From positions 1,922,001 to 1,986,000 of the forward strand of contig NC_089430.1 of assembly GCF_026210795.1 (NCBI RefSeq): a stretch of DNA of 64,000 bases, read 5' to 3'. This document shows positions 24,609-38,100 of this stretch, one piece after another. A program made the position numbers and the translations under genes. This DNA is from Rhizophagus irregularis. Taxonomy: Eukaryota. Below the pieces are notes generated by a model. It searched no databases and was not told where the DNA came from. It saw only the letters and a program-made list of their open reading frames with translations. How positions within the stretch are numbered: position 1 is the first letter of the stretch; the number at the start of each line of letters is the position of its first letter.

Positions 24609-27600
24609 GGTTATTTGTGTATATGTGTGAATATTTGAAAGTTACTTTTATTTATGTTTTGTTTTTTTTTTTTTCTTTTTCTTTTTTTCTTTTTAGTCGT
24701 TAAAAAATAACTTTTATTATAGAAAAAATAAAAGTTTTTTGAAACCGTATAATAGAACCAAACAATTTAAAATTTGATATTTGATAATATACTTTTATTG
24801 AAACTTTTTTTTTTAAAAAAAAGAATTTGTTTCAAAATTTGTTTGAATATTCACAATTAGGATAAATCGGTAAATCGGGAAGTAATGAATGATATAAATA
24901 GTAGGAGATATACGTTGTTGATGTTTATTATGCGCGGTTTAAGGGGTGGAGGGGAGAAAAAAAAGGAAAGATATGGAAAGATTTGATGAATGTGAATATT
25001 TTTTTCGTGAAAAGATAAAAAATAATATAAAAGGAATGAAAGAGATAGAGAGAGAAAAGTATGAATGAAAGAAAAATGAAACGGAAGAAATAAAGGAATG
25101 TAAAAATTAAAAACAAATATAAAACGATTAATAAAAAATAATTAAAAAAATAGGTCATTCAGCTTAAATAAAAAATATTAAAAAATATTATTACCTTTTC
25201 GTGTATAATTTGTAGTTTATAATTTGTAAGTTGCAGATAATTTGTACGAATAATAATGCGTCTTTGATAGATTTGTTTGTTAAAGTAGTCTCGAGTGGAT
25301 TTAAGTGGTACAATTTTCTTTTTAAAATATTAATACATGTGTTTTTTTTTGTGTTTAGTCTATAATTTGGTCTTTATATATATATATATATAATAGAAAG
25401 ATGAAACGTTTTAATAAGCACGATTTGCAGGTTTGAAAAAAAAAATTATATATATGTGTAAAAAAAAATAAAAAAAAAAATTTTTTTTTTCGAAAAAATT
25501 TTGGAGCAAAAAGAAGAGAGCACGGTCATTTTATATATAGTCATAAACATAATGGGGATTTCCGCTGATAAATCTTAATACATCACGTGGAATCTAAAAA
25601 GCCAACTTTACTGTAAGTTTATTAAACGTGGAATCATATAAATTGTAGTTCTATTTTCGGACTATTTTCCGAAAATTTTCTTTTCAAAGCCACTTCACTT
25701 CCATTTTTATCAGAAGTGTTTACTATTAAAATACTGTACAATTTAAAATAAATCAATGAACGTTGAATATGTAAGAGTAATTCTGAATCGAATTTGCTCC
25801 TAATGCACCTTTGGTTTTGCAACAGACTAATTAACAAACAATACATTTCGTGATGAAAATTTCGCAGGATCTAAAAAGAATAAGGTAATTTAACCATTAT
25901 TGGTTACTCACTCTACGAATAATAGATTGAACCTTAAAAAATTTTGTCATAGTTCTTTTGTTTTTGCCTTTTACAAAACAGGACCATTGTTTCCTTTGAA
26001 TGAACGACCATTTATATTTTATCTTTCTTATCTTTTCTTCTTTGCCTTGTTAAGAGAGAGAGATAGATTTTTTTGTTATTATTATTATTTAATATTCTTT
26101 TCTCATTCTCTTATTTCGAATAATATTGTATATTCATTTTCTTCAATGTACAGCTTTATTTAGTAAATACAATAATGCCAGCCACATAATTCCTTCTTTA
26201 ATTAAGATCTACTTTATATATTCACATGTTATCGATTGTTGTAATGAACATTGATGGATATATTATTATTAATGATTTTAGTATCGGGTTACGGGAATAT
26301 CTTAAAAAAGAATATGGATTATTTACTATATTGTGACCGGATTATTCATTTGAAATTTTCGGCCTTTACTTTTTTTAAAAAAATATTATATATTAACAAT
26401 TGATTTAATTCCGCAGTAGCTTATTTTGTATTACACTTGAAAATGTACTTAACCAATAACGATTTTTTTAAATAATCTGGTCTTTCGTTCTAACGATATT
26501 AATATTAATGTAAGACGACATTTTCTTTCATCATTACCCTTTTACTTGAATTGTTATCTGTTCGTCTCAAATAAATAACAATATCATTATTTTGTTAGAT
26601 GATGATCATATTGCATATTTTAACAAGTATTTTACCCATATTTTTCATATTTACCATATTTAAATATTTCTAGCTTTTTCTAGCGGTTGAATGAATTCTC
26701 CCGTTATATTATTATTATTATTTACAAAAAAGTTTTTTTGAAAAAAAAAAAAGGGATAAATAAAATTAGTTGTTGTTGTTTCTTTTTTTCATGTAACGTA
26801 GGAATTTATCTAGAAAAATTTGTTTGCTTATTAAATTTTTTTTTTCTTTTTTTTCTCATGATCATGGGTTAAATATGCATTAAATTTAAATATTGTTTGT
26901 ATTTTGTATATATTATTTTTGTATATATTTTGTACAAGTCCACGCGGTAATTTTTCTACAATTAATTAAATTGTTAACCAAGAACAAAACAAAAAAATTT
27001 GTAGCGCAGTTAATGTTGTTTAATGTTGGAAAATTTCCGGCTGATCATAAAAAAAGTAATACCGGTTTACCGTTTTTACGCAATATCATACTAGTCTACA
27101 GCATTTGCATTTTTTTTTTCGCCAATTTCACGTGATTAAATTAGGGTCACAAAAAAAAAACGCCAAATAAATAAATTCACACTCCTAAACGTGTAACATA
27201 AACATGAATGTCTAAAGTCAACAAACCGGTTTCTTAATTACCGTAGAACAGAATAAAACCGAATTTCTCTTGTTCGAATACCAAAATGGAACTGCATTAT
27301 GGAGCGAACACATAGGGAAATTTATATATATTATTGTTAAATAGCCGACGCTTTTATTACGAATTTACGATTAAAAAAATTTAGGAAAAATCTTTAAGGC
27401 ACAGTGATATTGATCAGAAAAAGGATAAGGATGAAATTAGTACAGAATTTTATAGGATTATAACTGTCTTACTATGATGAAAAGAAAGCAGCAAGGATTT
27501 GATTTTGTGAGAAAGACAATATTGTTGAATTTGTTATCTGTTGAATCATCGTACTAGTGGTTCTAGAATAAGAGCGAATAAGAGCTCTATCGATGATTTA

Positions 27601-28065
27601 TTCTGAATTATTATTACAAGAAGAAACACTACAAAGTTACAACATCTTTCGTTTAAAGGTTAAACGACTATATACTCTTACAGCCGTATCCGATGTACAT
27701 GATAAATACGATAAATACCATAGATATAACCATAATTATTATTAGAATCAATTAAATTTATTTTGAGCAAAACTAGCGTACCAGGAATGCATGTGTGATG
27801 GACCCAGAAAATGTGGACTTTTACTACTCCTTCTTACTTGATATATGGAAAAAATCAGAAATATAAATGGGTATATTATCCTATCTGCTTTTGAAACCAG
27901 CGTTAAGTTTTAATACAGCAGAAATATTATTATTATTTAACAAATGTTTCGAATATTATTGTTAGAATAGTGTTAGGGTTTAGTGTAATGGTTTAGTGTT
28001 AGGTCTTGCGTTTGGGTTAAGTATTAGATTATAGTGTTGGAGGTTTCAATGTTAGGATTTAGAGC

Positions 28066-28245
28066 CTAGGAAATTTTTCAGTGTCACCTCTTCTATTCTT
28101 TACTATGGGGGCGGAAAAGTTATTTGTCATCAATTATATTTCATAGTCGTCTAGGAAATTTTTCAGTGTCACCTCTTCTATCCTATACTGTGGGGATGTG
28201 GGGAGCGGGAGAGTTATTTTCATCAATTATATTTCATAGTTGTCA
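28066..28245. repeat. Tandem duplication, unit about 85-95 bp
   Basis: ctaggaaatttttcagtgtcacctcttcta...catcaattatatttcatagt occurs twice, preceded by a degenerate ttagg/ttagt-rich tract. Confidence 0.85.
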
Positions 28246-28846
28246 TACCATGTCTGTACATCCCATGTAAAAATTAATAATCTTTGTTTTGTCTTATTTA
28301 AACCCAACCTATTCTGCACTCCTATAAAGAGAACAAAGAAAAAGCAAGAAAAAGGGATTTTTTAAAAAGAAATGTTATGAAAAAGGGCGTAGGTTTACTG
28401 TATTAATAAAAATTGTTAATTTTTAATAGCTTTTTTTTAATATATACATTGAGCGGGATTTTATAGTGAAGTGATATTTGATTTGGGCATTTGGCCAAGT
28501 GTTTGGAATTTTTTTTTTAAAAAAAAATTCCAATTATAATAAATTTTCATTTAACATAATAAAATTTTCAGTAGGATTGATTTATCAAAATATTGATGCT
28601 ATATAAATAAAGTAAATTAGTGAATTAAGAGTTTATACTTTATAAATTAAAATTGAACACGAAAAATCCAATATTATTATTATTTACATATTAATATTAA
28701 ATTATGAGATAATTTATACTCTAAATTATTTACTTTTTCTTTTAAAAAAAATTACCCTCATATTAAATTATTTACAAAAAAAGAAAAGATTTTTAAAACA
28801 ATTACATTTTTCAAATAACTATCAAAAATTATTCCTAAAAAAAATA

Positions 28847-31335
28847 CTACTCTTTCCTTTTGGCACCATATTGTGTTAAAAGTTTCTCATTCATTGGGCT
28901 TAAACCATTTACATTTTGAATACGTGCATTATATGTTGTTAACGCTGATTGATAAGGAACCCAACGTAATTTAACTTGTAATTTATGACCATCTTGACCA
29001 TCTTGACCATCTTGTTCTATCTGCCAGTAACGATAAAATTTATTTCCATTACCAACATTTTCACTACTATTAATTGTGTGTAGAAATAATCCTTCTGATG
29101 TCTTATTCCATGCTATATGAGATACACAACCTATAAAACCTCGAATAACTGCCAAGGATTTACTGTCAGATGATGCTGACCATATACGTACAGTACAATC
29201 ACGACTTGCTGATACGATTAATTTACCATCAGGAGAAAATTTAACATCACATATTATATTTTTATGCTCATCAAAAATTTTCTGTGGTTTGTTAGAATCT
29301 TTTATTGACCATAAAGTTACTGTATAATTCCATCCTCCTGTTATAATAAATTCATTATCAGGAGAAAATGCAACGCATTCTATGCAGGGTCTCTCGTGAC
29401 CGAAAGATATTTGATGATTAAAGGTAGCCAATAATTTTCTCTCTTTTAGTGACCATAAACGCACGGTATTATCCCAACTTCCTGAAGCAAGTAATTCTCC
29501 ATCAGGTGAGAATGATACACAATTAACTTGCCATTCATGCCCTCGAAAAGTATGAACCAATTCTCTTTCTTTCACTGAAAATAGTTTTATGCCATAATAA
29601 TTTCCTAAAGATCCTCCCTCAATCCAAGGTCCTGCTGCAATGAATTCACTATTCGGTGAAATTGAAATACAATTAAATTTCCATTCTAGTAATTCTTCAG
29701 CTTCAAAAGTAAAAAATGGATTTTGATTTTCTTTTGTAGATAGATGAATAAGATTATCTCTTCCTAAGGCAATAAATTTACCATCAGGAGAAAATGCAGG
29801 CCAATAATCTGATGAATGAAGACCTCGAAGGATTCCAAAACTATCAACAATCCATTCCTCATTTGGAGAAAATAATTCATCATTGATTAAAACCCGTCCT
29901 AAACTATGTGTGAATTTTTCTTTATTTTTTATTGACCATAGACGTATTTTTCCATCAATACCTCCTGATGCAACATAATTACTATTACTTGAAACACTAG
30001 TAACTCTATCAGTATGACCACAAAATACATGTAACAACTTTATCTCTTCTACTGACCACGACCATAAATTTACTGTACAATCCCAACTTCCTGATATGAT
30101 AAGTTCACCATTAGGTGAAAATAAAGTGCTAGAAATTTCATCTTTATATGCTTTAAATGTATGTAACAATTTTCTCTCTTTTATCGACCATAAGCAAATC
30201 ATACCATTTTTACTTTCCGAAACAATAAATTCATTATTTGGAGAGAATGAAACACTGCTAACACCACCATTATGTCCTTTAAACACGTGTACCAATTTTT
30301 TCTCATTTACGGACCATAAATAAACCATATTATCCATACTTCCTGAAACAATGAGGTTACTATTAGATGAAAATGAAACACTGTTAACATCGCCTTTATG
30401 TTCTTTAAATCCATGAAATAGTCTTTTCCCTCTTACGGACCATAAACGAACAGTACGGTCTCTACTTCCTGAAACAACATATTTACCATTAGGTGAAATC
30501 GAAACACTTAAAATTTTATCTGTATGTTCTTCAAAATCTGCAAATTTTTCATAAGTGAATGATTCTTTATTCCTATTTATCCAAAGACCAATAGTATTGT
30601 TCCATCTCTCTAAGGCTATTAATGATCCATCTGATGATATTGAAACAGAAGCCTTCCAGCTCAAATCATTTACATAAACATATCTATCTAATTCACCGTA
30701 TGATCTCCATATTTCTTAATAAGTTTCAGCATTATAAAGTATAATAGTGTCTCTAGTAGCTCCTACTAAAAATTTTTCATTTTGGGAATAACAGCAAGAA
30801 ATACCATCATGATCAGCTTTATGATAACCGGTATCCAAGTTTTTTAATACTAAAAAAGGGTTTTCACCAAATTCTACTCCAGTCATATTGGCATGATTAA
30901 AATTTACTTTTTGAAGCCATGCTCCTTGTAAGTGGACATTTCTTAAATCGGCCCCTTGAAATTGTGCATGATCGAACATCCCATAACTAAGATCAGCTCC
31001 CGGTATACGGATCCCATTTAAATCAGCTCCCTTAAATTGCACTCCAGCTTTAACTAGTAATGTGATGGCATTGGCTGCCACATTTTGAAAAGATTCATCA
31101 GTTTTTGAGCGTTTTATGAATTCATGTAACTGATTCTTAAATGATTCCTCTTGAATGCACTCCGCTAAAAATTGAATAACTGATTGTTCACCCAAGGGCT
31201 TAAGTTTATTTATTATAGCGTCTGCTTTGAGGAACTCCTGTTGAATTTCTTCTGATTCATTGATATCTTCATAAATGGCGCTACTCCAATAAAGAATTAT
31301 ATAAAAAGGAATACTGATTATTATCGCGAAACAGG
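28847..31335 (-). pseudogene. Pentapeptide-repeat + WD40 module (C-terminal half of an NLR-like NACHT-WD40 protein), intronless
   Basis: ORFs 30716-31627 and 28847-30664 share one frame and are separated by a single TAA (30716-30718). AANAITLLVKAGVQFKGADLNGIRIPGADLSYGMFD pentapeptide repeats, about a dozen GH..SPDG..SGS.D..V.LW repeats, C-terminal IQNVNGLSPMNEKLLTQYGA. Confidence 0.85.
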
Positions 31336-33331
31336 TACATCTTATATAATTTCTTAAATAATTCGGAAGCTTTGCCATAATTTTTATCAATAATTTTCCC
31401 TCTTTAAACATAAGAGCAAGATTACGCAGAGCCACATTATGCCCTAAGTTAGCTGCTTTTTCATATAATTCAAATGCCTTATGCCTATCAACGCTAGTTC
31501 CGATTCCATTACTATAACAATATCCAAGCATAAATATTCCATTTAAATATTCTCCTTTATAAGATTCTTCAAATAATTTAAAGGGTTTCTCATAATCTAA
31601 ATTAACACCTTCACCCATTTTATACATTTGAGCTAGATTATATTATATTGAGCTATACTATTCCCTAAATTTGCCGCTTTCTCATATAATTCAATAGCGT
31701 TTCCCTTATTAATCTCGGTACCAATTCCTAAAATTTCCAAGTAAAAAGATAGAATTTGAATCCGAATCATTTTGATTATTTATTAACCAATCATAAATTT
31801 CTTTCGAATCAATGTTATAATTTTTGTAACAACCATCAAGAATATTTTCTTTCAACTCTTTCCCTTCATTTAATTTCATAAAAATATATTTAAATGTTCC
31901 ATTAATTATATTACTTAACGGTGTTTTTAAACATTTCACTAATTCAGATGTAGCCAAATTACTAAAACCAGTAGAAGAAGTAGAAGAATTAATAATATTA
32001 TCTGAATTAAATGATTGTTGTTCAGTAGTATTATCATGTACAATATCTTCCAAATTATCTGTTTGATCATTTCCTATGGTTTCGTGAGATAATAATAATT
32101 TCAATTGATCAACCACTTTATTCATAGTTGGACGATTATCTGGTTCTCCATTCCAGCAATCTATAAAAAATTAATTTTTAGTGTAAATGTTGAAATAAGA
32201 ATGTTTGAAAAATTATTATATATACTTACCAGTATAAAGCTTAGTATAAGCAATAGGAGTATCAGGAACAGGTGTTTCTCTAAAACCTTGTGAGATTCCC
32301 ATGATCAAACTAATATCATATGGTTCATTATGAAAAGGAATCATACCGCTGGATATTTCCCATAATAATATCCCAACACTATAAACATCGCTTTTTTTCA
32401 TTTAATTGGTATATTTGTATTTGATTTTTATCATTTATTTGTCTATCAAACCTTTTTGGATCAATATAAGGAATCATTCCAAATATTTTTGAGTTAATAG
32501 TAGATGCTTCTTCGATTCTTTTTGATAATCCAAAATCTGCTAACTTAATAACATTATTTTGATGAACTAATACATTACCGGAATGCTAATAATAATAATA
32601 ATAATAGATATATATAGATATAAGTCGTAATGGTAATTATTAACAATTAATGATATAACAGATAATATAAATTAACTTACCAAATCACGATGAACAATTC
32701 CTTCATCATGTAAACAAACCACAGCATAAGCCAATTGAAGTGCTAAATTGAATTTATCATCCCAATTGAGATTACTAAAATATTCCTTCAAAAAGTTTCT
32801 AAGAGTACCGCCATCGGCATACTCCATTACTAATATATAATTTTTATCTAATTAAAGAGAAAATTTTTTATATTAATTTATTTATATAAGAGTGATACAT
32901 ATACAGTATTATTATATTACATCGGTATTATTATATATTATTTTACCTTGATCAGTTGTAATTCCATAAAAACGAATAATATTCTCGTGAAAATCAACTT
33001 CACGTTGATGTTTAAGCTAAATCATATAAATAAATAAAAATAATGGGATTTACAACTCGAAAAAAAAAATAGTAGTCCGAAATACAATATTAATGATAAA
33101 TAAATAAATCAATTACCTCTTGAACAATTTCTTTAAATACTGCGGTATCGAGTTAAAAAAAAGATTTTAATGCAAAATATCTAGGAGCATGTTTCCAATT
33201 TGCACGGAATACTTTTCCAAATGCTCCAGCACCAATTACTTTAATATTAGAAAATGTTCATGATCATAATATTTAATATGTTGTTTAGAAATAGCTTCAT
33301 TAATCCATTCAACCCATTCATCATTATACAT
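31336..33331 (-). pseudogene. Tyrosine-kinase-like kinase + Sel1-like repeats, disrupted
   Basis: Exons approx. 33331-33117, 33016-32947, 32847-32681, 32585-32230, 32160 onward. Motifs GAGAFGKV, ALKS, HRDLHSGN, ADFG, SDVYSVG and CWNGEPDNRP, then Sel1 repeats (LGYCYSNGIGTSVDRHKAFELYEKAA). Frameshifts near 33250, 32395, 31730, 31640 and 31395; in-frame TAA near 33154. Confidence 0.88.
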
Positions 33332-34579
33332 GATAAATAATTGTTAGCGTATAATATTAATTCTCAAATTGATTTTTGGAAAGAAAGACTTTTTTTTTTC
33401 AAAAAAGAGTTACAATAAATCAATTGTTTGGCGTGGAAAATCTAACCGTTTCTGTATTCCTTCACTAATTTAGATTAATCAATTAGTTTATTTGTATTGT
33501 TTAAATTCCAATTAGGGTTATCGGAAAAAAAATTCCGATTTACAATAAACGAACAAGATTGGGAATAGGTTTTTTTTACACATAAAAAAAAAATAACAAT
33601 ATAAAGTATCGTTTAAAAATCGATAGATAAAATTTAAAATATTTTTTTGTTTGAAACGGAACGATCTTTAACAGATTGTGTATTAGACACGAATTTTTTT
33701 TTTAACGATCATCGTAATCTATATTAAAATTTCGGATTTTAAACACCGATTATACATCCTTTTATGGTTTCATCCAAACCATTGTGTTTCAACGTTTGTT
33801 TCACTAATCGTCTATATCATTTTATTATTTTGATTTTCTATTATGCATAAAAAACTGCATTATAATAATTAGTAACGTGATTTTTATGATGAAAAATGAA
33901 AATCGTGTGAGCGCCGCTTAAATGCTGACTGTTATTAAACTTAATTCGGTTTTCGGGAACTAACTTTTAAGGTAACTTATTACACTGCATGCATCACTTG
34001 ATTTCTGATAAGACTAAGGCTTAATAGTATTTTTATGAACTAATATAATTTTAGTAAGAATGAATCAAAAACATTTATGATAGTATGAAATTTTAAATCG
34101 ACTTCCTTTATTACTATATATACCGATCGATAATTATGGAAAATCAAAGCGATTCATTGCGCATTGAGGAAAAAGTTGTCGCTTACGAAAGTTGACACGA
34201 ATTATAATCATAATTATTCATAATGATCTGGCTCATATTTTGCAACTTCCCATTGTAACCCAAACTTGCTTATATCTCAAATACAACTTGGTATAACTAA
34301 ACTTGATTACTATGTAAAACATGATAAATAAGCTGAATTATTCTCTTATCCAATAATAAAATCGATCAAAAAAAGATATAATGAAATTTATTGCCCAATT
34401 ACAAACTGATTTTATTGCTGATAAAAAGAAAAAAAGATTACTTTACTCTAAAATATGAATCGGTATTGAACAAACATTACATCAAAGAAAAACTAAAATA
34501 ATCCTATTCGTTAACAATCATTTTGGTCAAAAAAAACCCCCCGGTTTAATATTATTTGTACTTCATTAAAATAATTAAC

Positions 34580-36310
34580 TTACATTATATTCAAATCAAC
34601 GATTTCGCAATCCAAACAATCAACAGTATTATTAGATTTCAGAGAACCTTTTATAAAGATTTAGAATTGATATAAATAACTTAAATAATTAAAATAATTA
34701 AGTAAAGATTTTAAAATACCTGAATATTCTATGCTTGATATATTATCATAATTACTATAATAATCATCGGAATTTTTTGGTTTAGGAAGATTATTAAAAC
34801 TAAGTAATTTACTTATAGTTGCTTCAAAATTTTTATCTGTTGAAGGTAATTTATCATCGGTTGATAAACTATCATTTATTTTTTCTGCTTCTTCAACTTG
34901 TTTAACTATTTCTGTTTTAATTGATTCTGTTTGATTTTCTATACTACTTACATATGCACTGAGTTCATGAATCCATTTAAAAATAATTTTTGCAAGAATT
35001 AATGCATTTGGTCGATTTAACGGATTCGCATCTAAGCAGCTTTTAATCAAATGTAAAATCAACTGAGGTACTTTAAAATTAAATTTGGGTCTTAAACCTT
35101 CACAGATTCTTAATGCTAAAATTCCGTCATCATTATTGTCATAGTAAGGTGGCATTTCTGAAATTACCTCATACATAATTATACCAAAACTGTAGATATC
35201 AGAAGCTTGAGTATAATGTTGTCCTCTTAAGATTTCAGGAGCTACATAAGGCAAAACACCATATATATTATTTTCCATATTTTCTAATTCCTTATAATTT
35301 ACTGGTTTACACAATCCCATATCAGTTATACAAATAGCACTCCTAGAGCATACAATATTTCCAATATGTAAATCTCGATGAATTAATCCTTTTGCATGAA
35401 TTCTCTTAAGTCCAGATATAATATATCCTAAAGTAGCAATTTTATGTCTCAATTTATAATCAAAAGTATAACTTTTACGTGGTTTTGGACGCCGTCGAGA
35501 CTTTCTAATATTATAATAATTTCGCAAATTTCCGCTGTTTGCATATTGCATAACCATGATATAGTCTTTTGTATCTGGATTTTGAGTTATTCCATAACAT
35601 CTAATAAATTGAGTTGTTGATTTATCTTCAAATATTTTAAGATGTAACGTAATCTAATTAGTTAAAATAAATTAATTAAAAATTTTATTAAAAAAAAAAA
35701 ATTTTAATCGTAAATTAATTAGTAATACCTCATTGATAAATTCTAATGTAATATTCTCTGATTTATTTAAACTTTTAAGAACTATACCTTTATTTGGTGA
35801 ATGTCTTTTCCATTTATGTTTATTCACATCCCAATTTGATATATAACTGTCTTTCCATATTGCTTTATATATTTCGCCAAATCCGCCTTTAGCAATATAT
35901 TTAATATCATAAAACCTATCATAAGGTATCCATTCTAGTAAATGATATTCACTCTTTGCTGATAGTTGAGTATTTTGAATGAACTTATCAACATCATTAT
36001 TACCACTAGTCCAATTACTAAAATTTTGTTGGAACCTTTTTGAATTGCAAGTCTGACACCAATTCAGCCCAGTATTTAATTGTTTGCATTCTTTACACGT
36101 TCCGTACTTTTTTTCTCTAATATTGTCATAACAAATATGACAAATTGTTTTCTCCCTATCTATTAGTTTTACTTGTTTGCATTCTCTACACTTTTTATAA
36201 TTTTGTTCTTTCATATTTGAATCACAAGCCTGGCACAAGAGTGATGTGTCTACTTGTTTACATTTCATACACTTTCCATATATTTGTTCTTCCGCATATG
36301 ACTGATCCAT
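34580..36310 (-). CDS. TKL-type protein kinase with N-terminal Cys-rich repeats; exons 36310-35729, 35653-34720, 34647-34580
   Basis: AKGGFGEIY, VLKS, HRDLHIGN, TDMG, YVAPE and SDIYSFG; the introns splice in frame. The exact 3' end is less certain. Confidence 0.9.
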
Positions 36311-37519
36311 AGTAAATTAGATAAAATTATTATTCAATAATAATATGATACCAAAATATTGCTAAAATCATGAAGGGTGGTATTTATAAAAAAAAAATGT
36401 TTTAGATCGACAAATGAGATCTAGAATGGACATTTTTTTTACAGGATTTACATCATTATCAACCAAGCTAAAGAAACTTTTCATGATAAGTACGGAATCA
36501 AACGACATCTATATATTCAATGGTAAACTTGCATCATTATCAACCGAAATGGGAAAAATTTTATGACAAGATTTAGTCCAATTGTTAAGTCATTAGAACG
36601 ACATGTCCATTTATAAATCTAAGAGGGAAAATTGCAGTACAGAAAAAGTAAGTTCGAATTTTCGTGATACTAGTAAGATAGTAAAATATTATATCTTTAA
36701 TAATTTTATTTTACAGTAAAACAATATTATTATTGTTATTATTATTTTGTTTATTAAAAATAACGATATCAATGTGATGAAAAAAAATTTTCAAACCTAA
36801 AAATCAAACAAGTTAGTGTGATCGAAAATTGAAATTATTATTTTAATTGTTTTAATAATTTGGATAAAAAAAAAAACTTTGTTTATATAAAGTTAATATG
36901 AATAACACTAACTTTTTAGATTGGCTGCTTTCCTATGTATATTTGTTGAAAAAATTTGAGAAAAAGTGAATTTTTGATGAAATTTTGTTTGTGTAACCAA
37001 TTAACTTCAGACTAAAGTTTGTTAACTAACAGCAAGAATGTAGTTAAATATTAATTAAGTCTTTTAGATCTTAAATATCAATATTTAATTTTTGGCATTA
37101 TTAATTTCTTTAGGAGTGAAATGATTGAAAAGAATATAGAAAATATGTCCTTTTTTGAATTAAACGCAGAATGAAATATAGAAAGTAATGAATTTAATAC
37201 AAATATTTATATATCTGTAGAAATTTTGATAATAAAATGTTTAATACAAGATGAACATTTAGGCATAAATCTGAATAAATGTAAATCAGATATAATTGAA
37301 CTTGATGACTTGTCTCATTTGAAATCTCAATAAATTTTAGATCTAATAATTAATAATCTTTAGACATTAATATATTTGCGAAATTAAAAATTGAATAATC
37401 AGAATAATAATTATAGTCAAGGAATAATAAAGTGAACAAATCGTTACTATTTGTTGCTGACTTCAGTTAGCCAAATCTTAAAAAAACTTGTTCACCAACG
37501 TTGAGGTGCAGCGACATTG

Positions 37520-37820
37520 ATCAGGAGGGGAGAGAGAGGAAGGGAAAGGGATAGAGGGAGAATGAGAAAGGGAAGGGGAAGGGGAAGAAAAAGAGGGAAA
37601 ATGAGAGAGGGGAGGGGGAGAGGAAAGGAGGAGGGAAGGGAAATGGAAGGGAAAAGAAAGGAGGGAGGGGAGAAAGGGAAGGGGAAAGGGAAAGAAAAGC
37701 GAGAAAAGGGGAAAGAATAAGGAAGGATATAGATAAGGAAAAGGGAAAGAAAGGGGAAAGGGAAAGAACGAGAAATAAAGGAAAATGAAAAGGAAAGGAA
37801 CGAGAGAAGAGCGAAGGAAT
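37520..37820. repeat. Polypurine (G/A) low-complexity tract
   Basis: About 300 bp almost entirely G/A on the + strand (gaaggg, gggaaa units). Confidence 0.9.
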
Positions 37821-38100
37821 ACACAAAAATACATATCACCCACCCACACTCCCAACCTACATACTTAAAAGAAGATGCCAAAGAGTAGTAAACCTAATAA
37901 AGAGAAGACCTAAAAAGAGAAGGCCAATATTCTTGATTTATTAGTTTCATCTAATGAAGAAAAAATAAACCATATTCAAGATTACGAAAATTAAAAGAAG
38001 ACCTAAAAGAAAAGTGAAGGTTTAATGGTTGAGTTATTACCTGGTTACACATGTTCTGCGCACATGATCTATGCACATGATCCGCCTGATCGGATGCATA

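Noticed and set aside
24928..27135. Several short hydrophobic ORFs
   Set aside because: F/I/L/K-biased products of AT-rich intergenic DNA, mostly with non-ATG starts.
27400..27960. Coding-like stretch on the plus strand
   Set aside because: No sustained frame or recognisable motif.
37478..37881. Four overlapping ORFs rich in F/P/S/L or G/R/K/E
   Set aside because: Artefacts of the stop-free polypurine tract.
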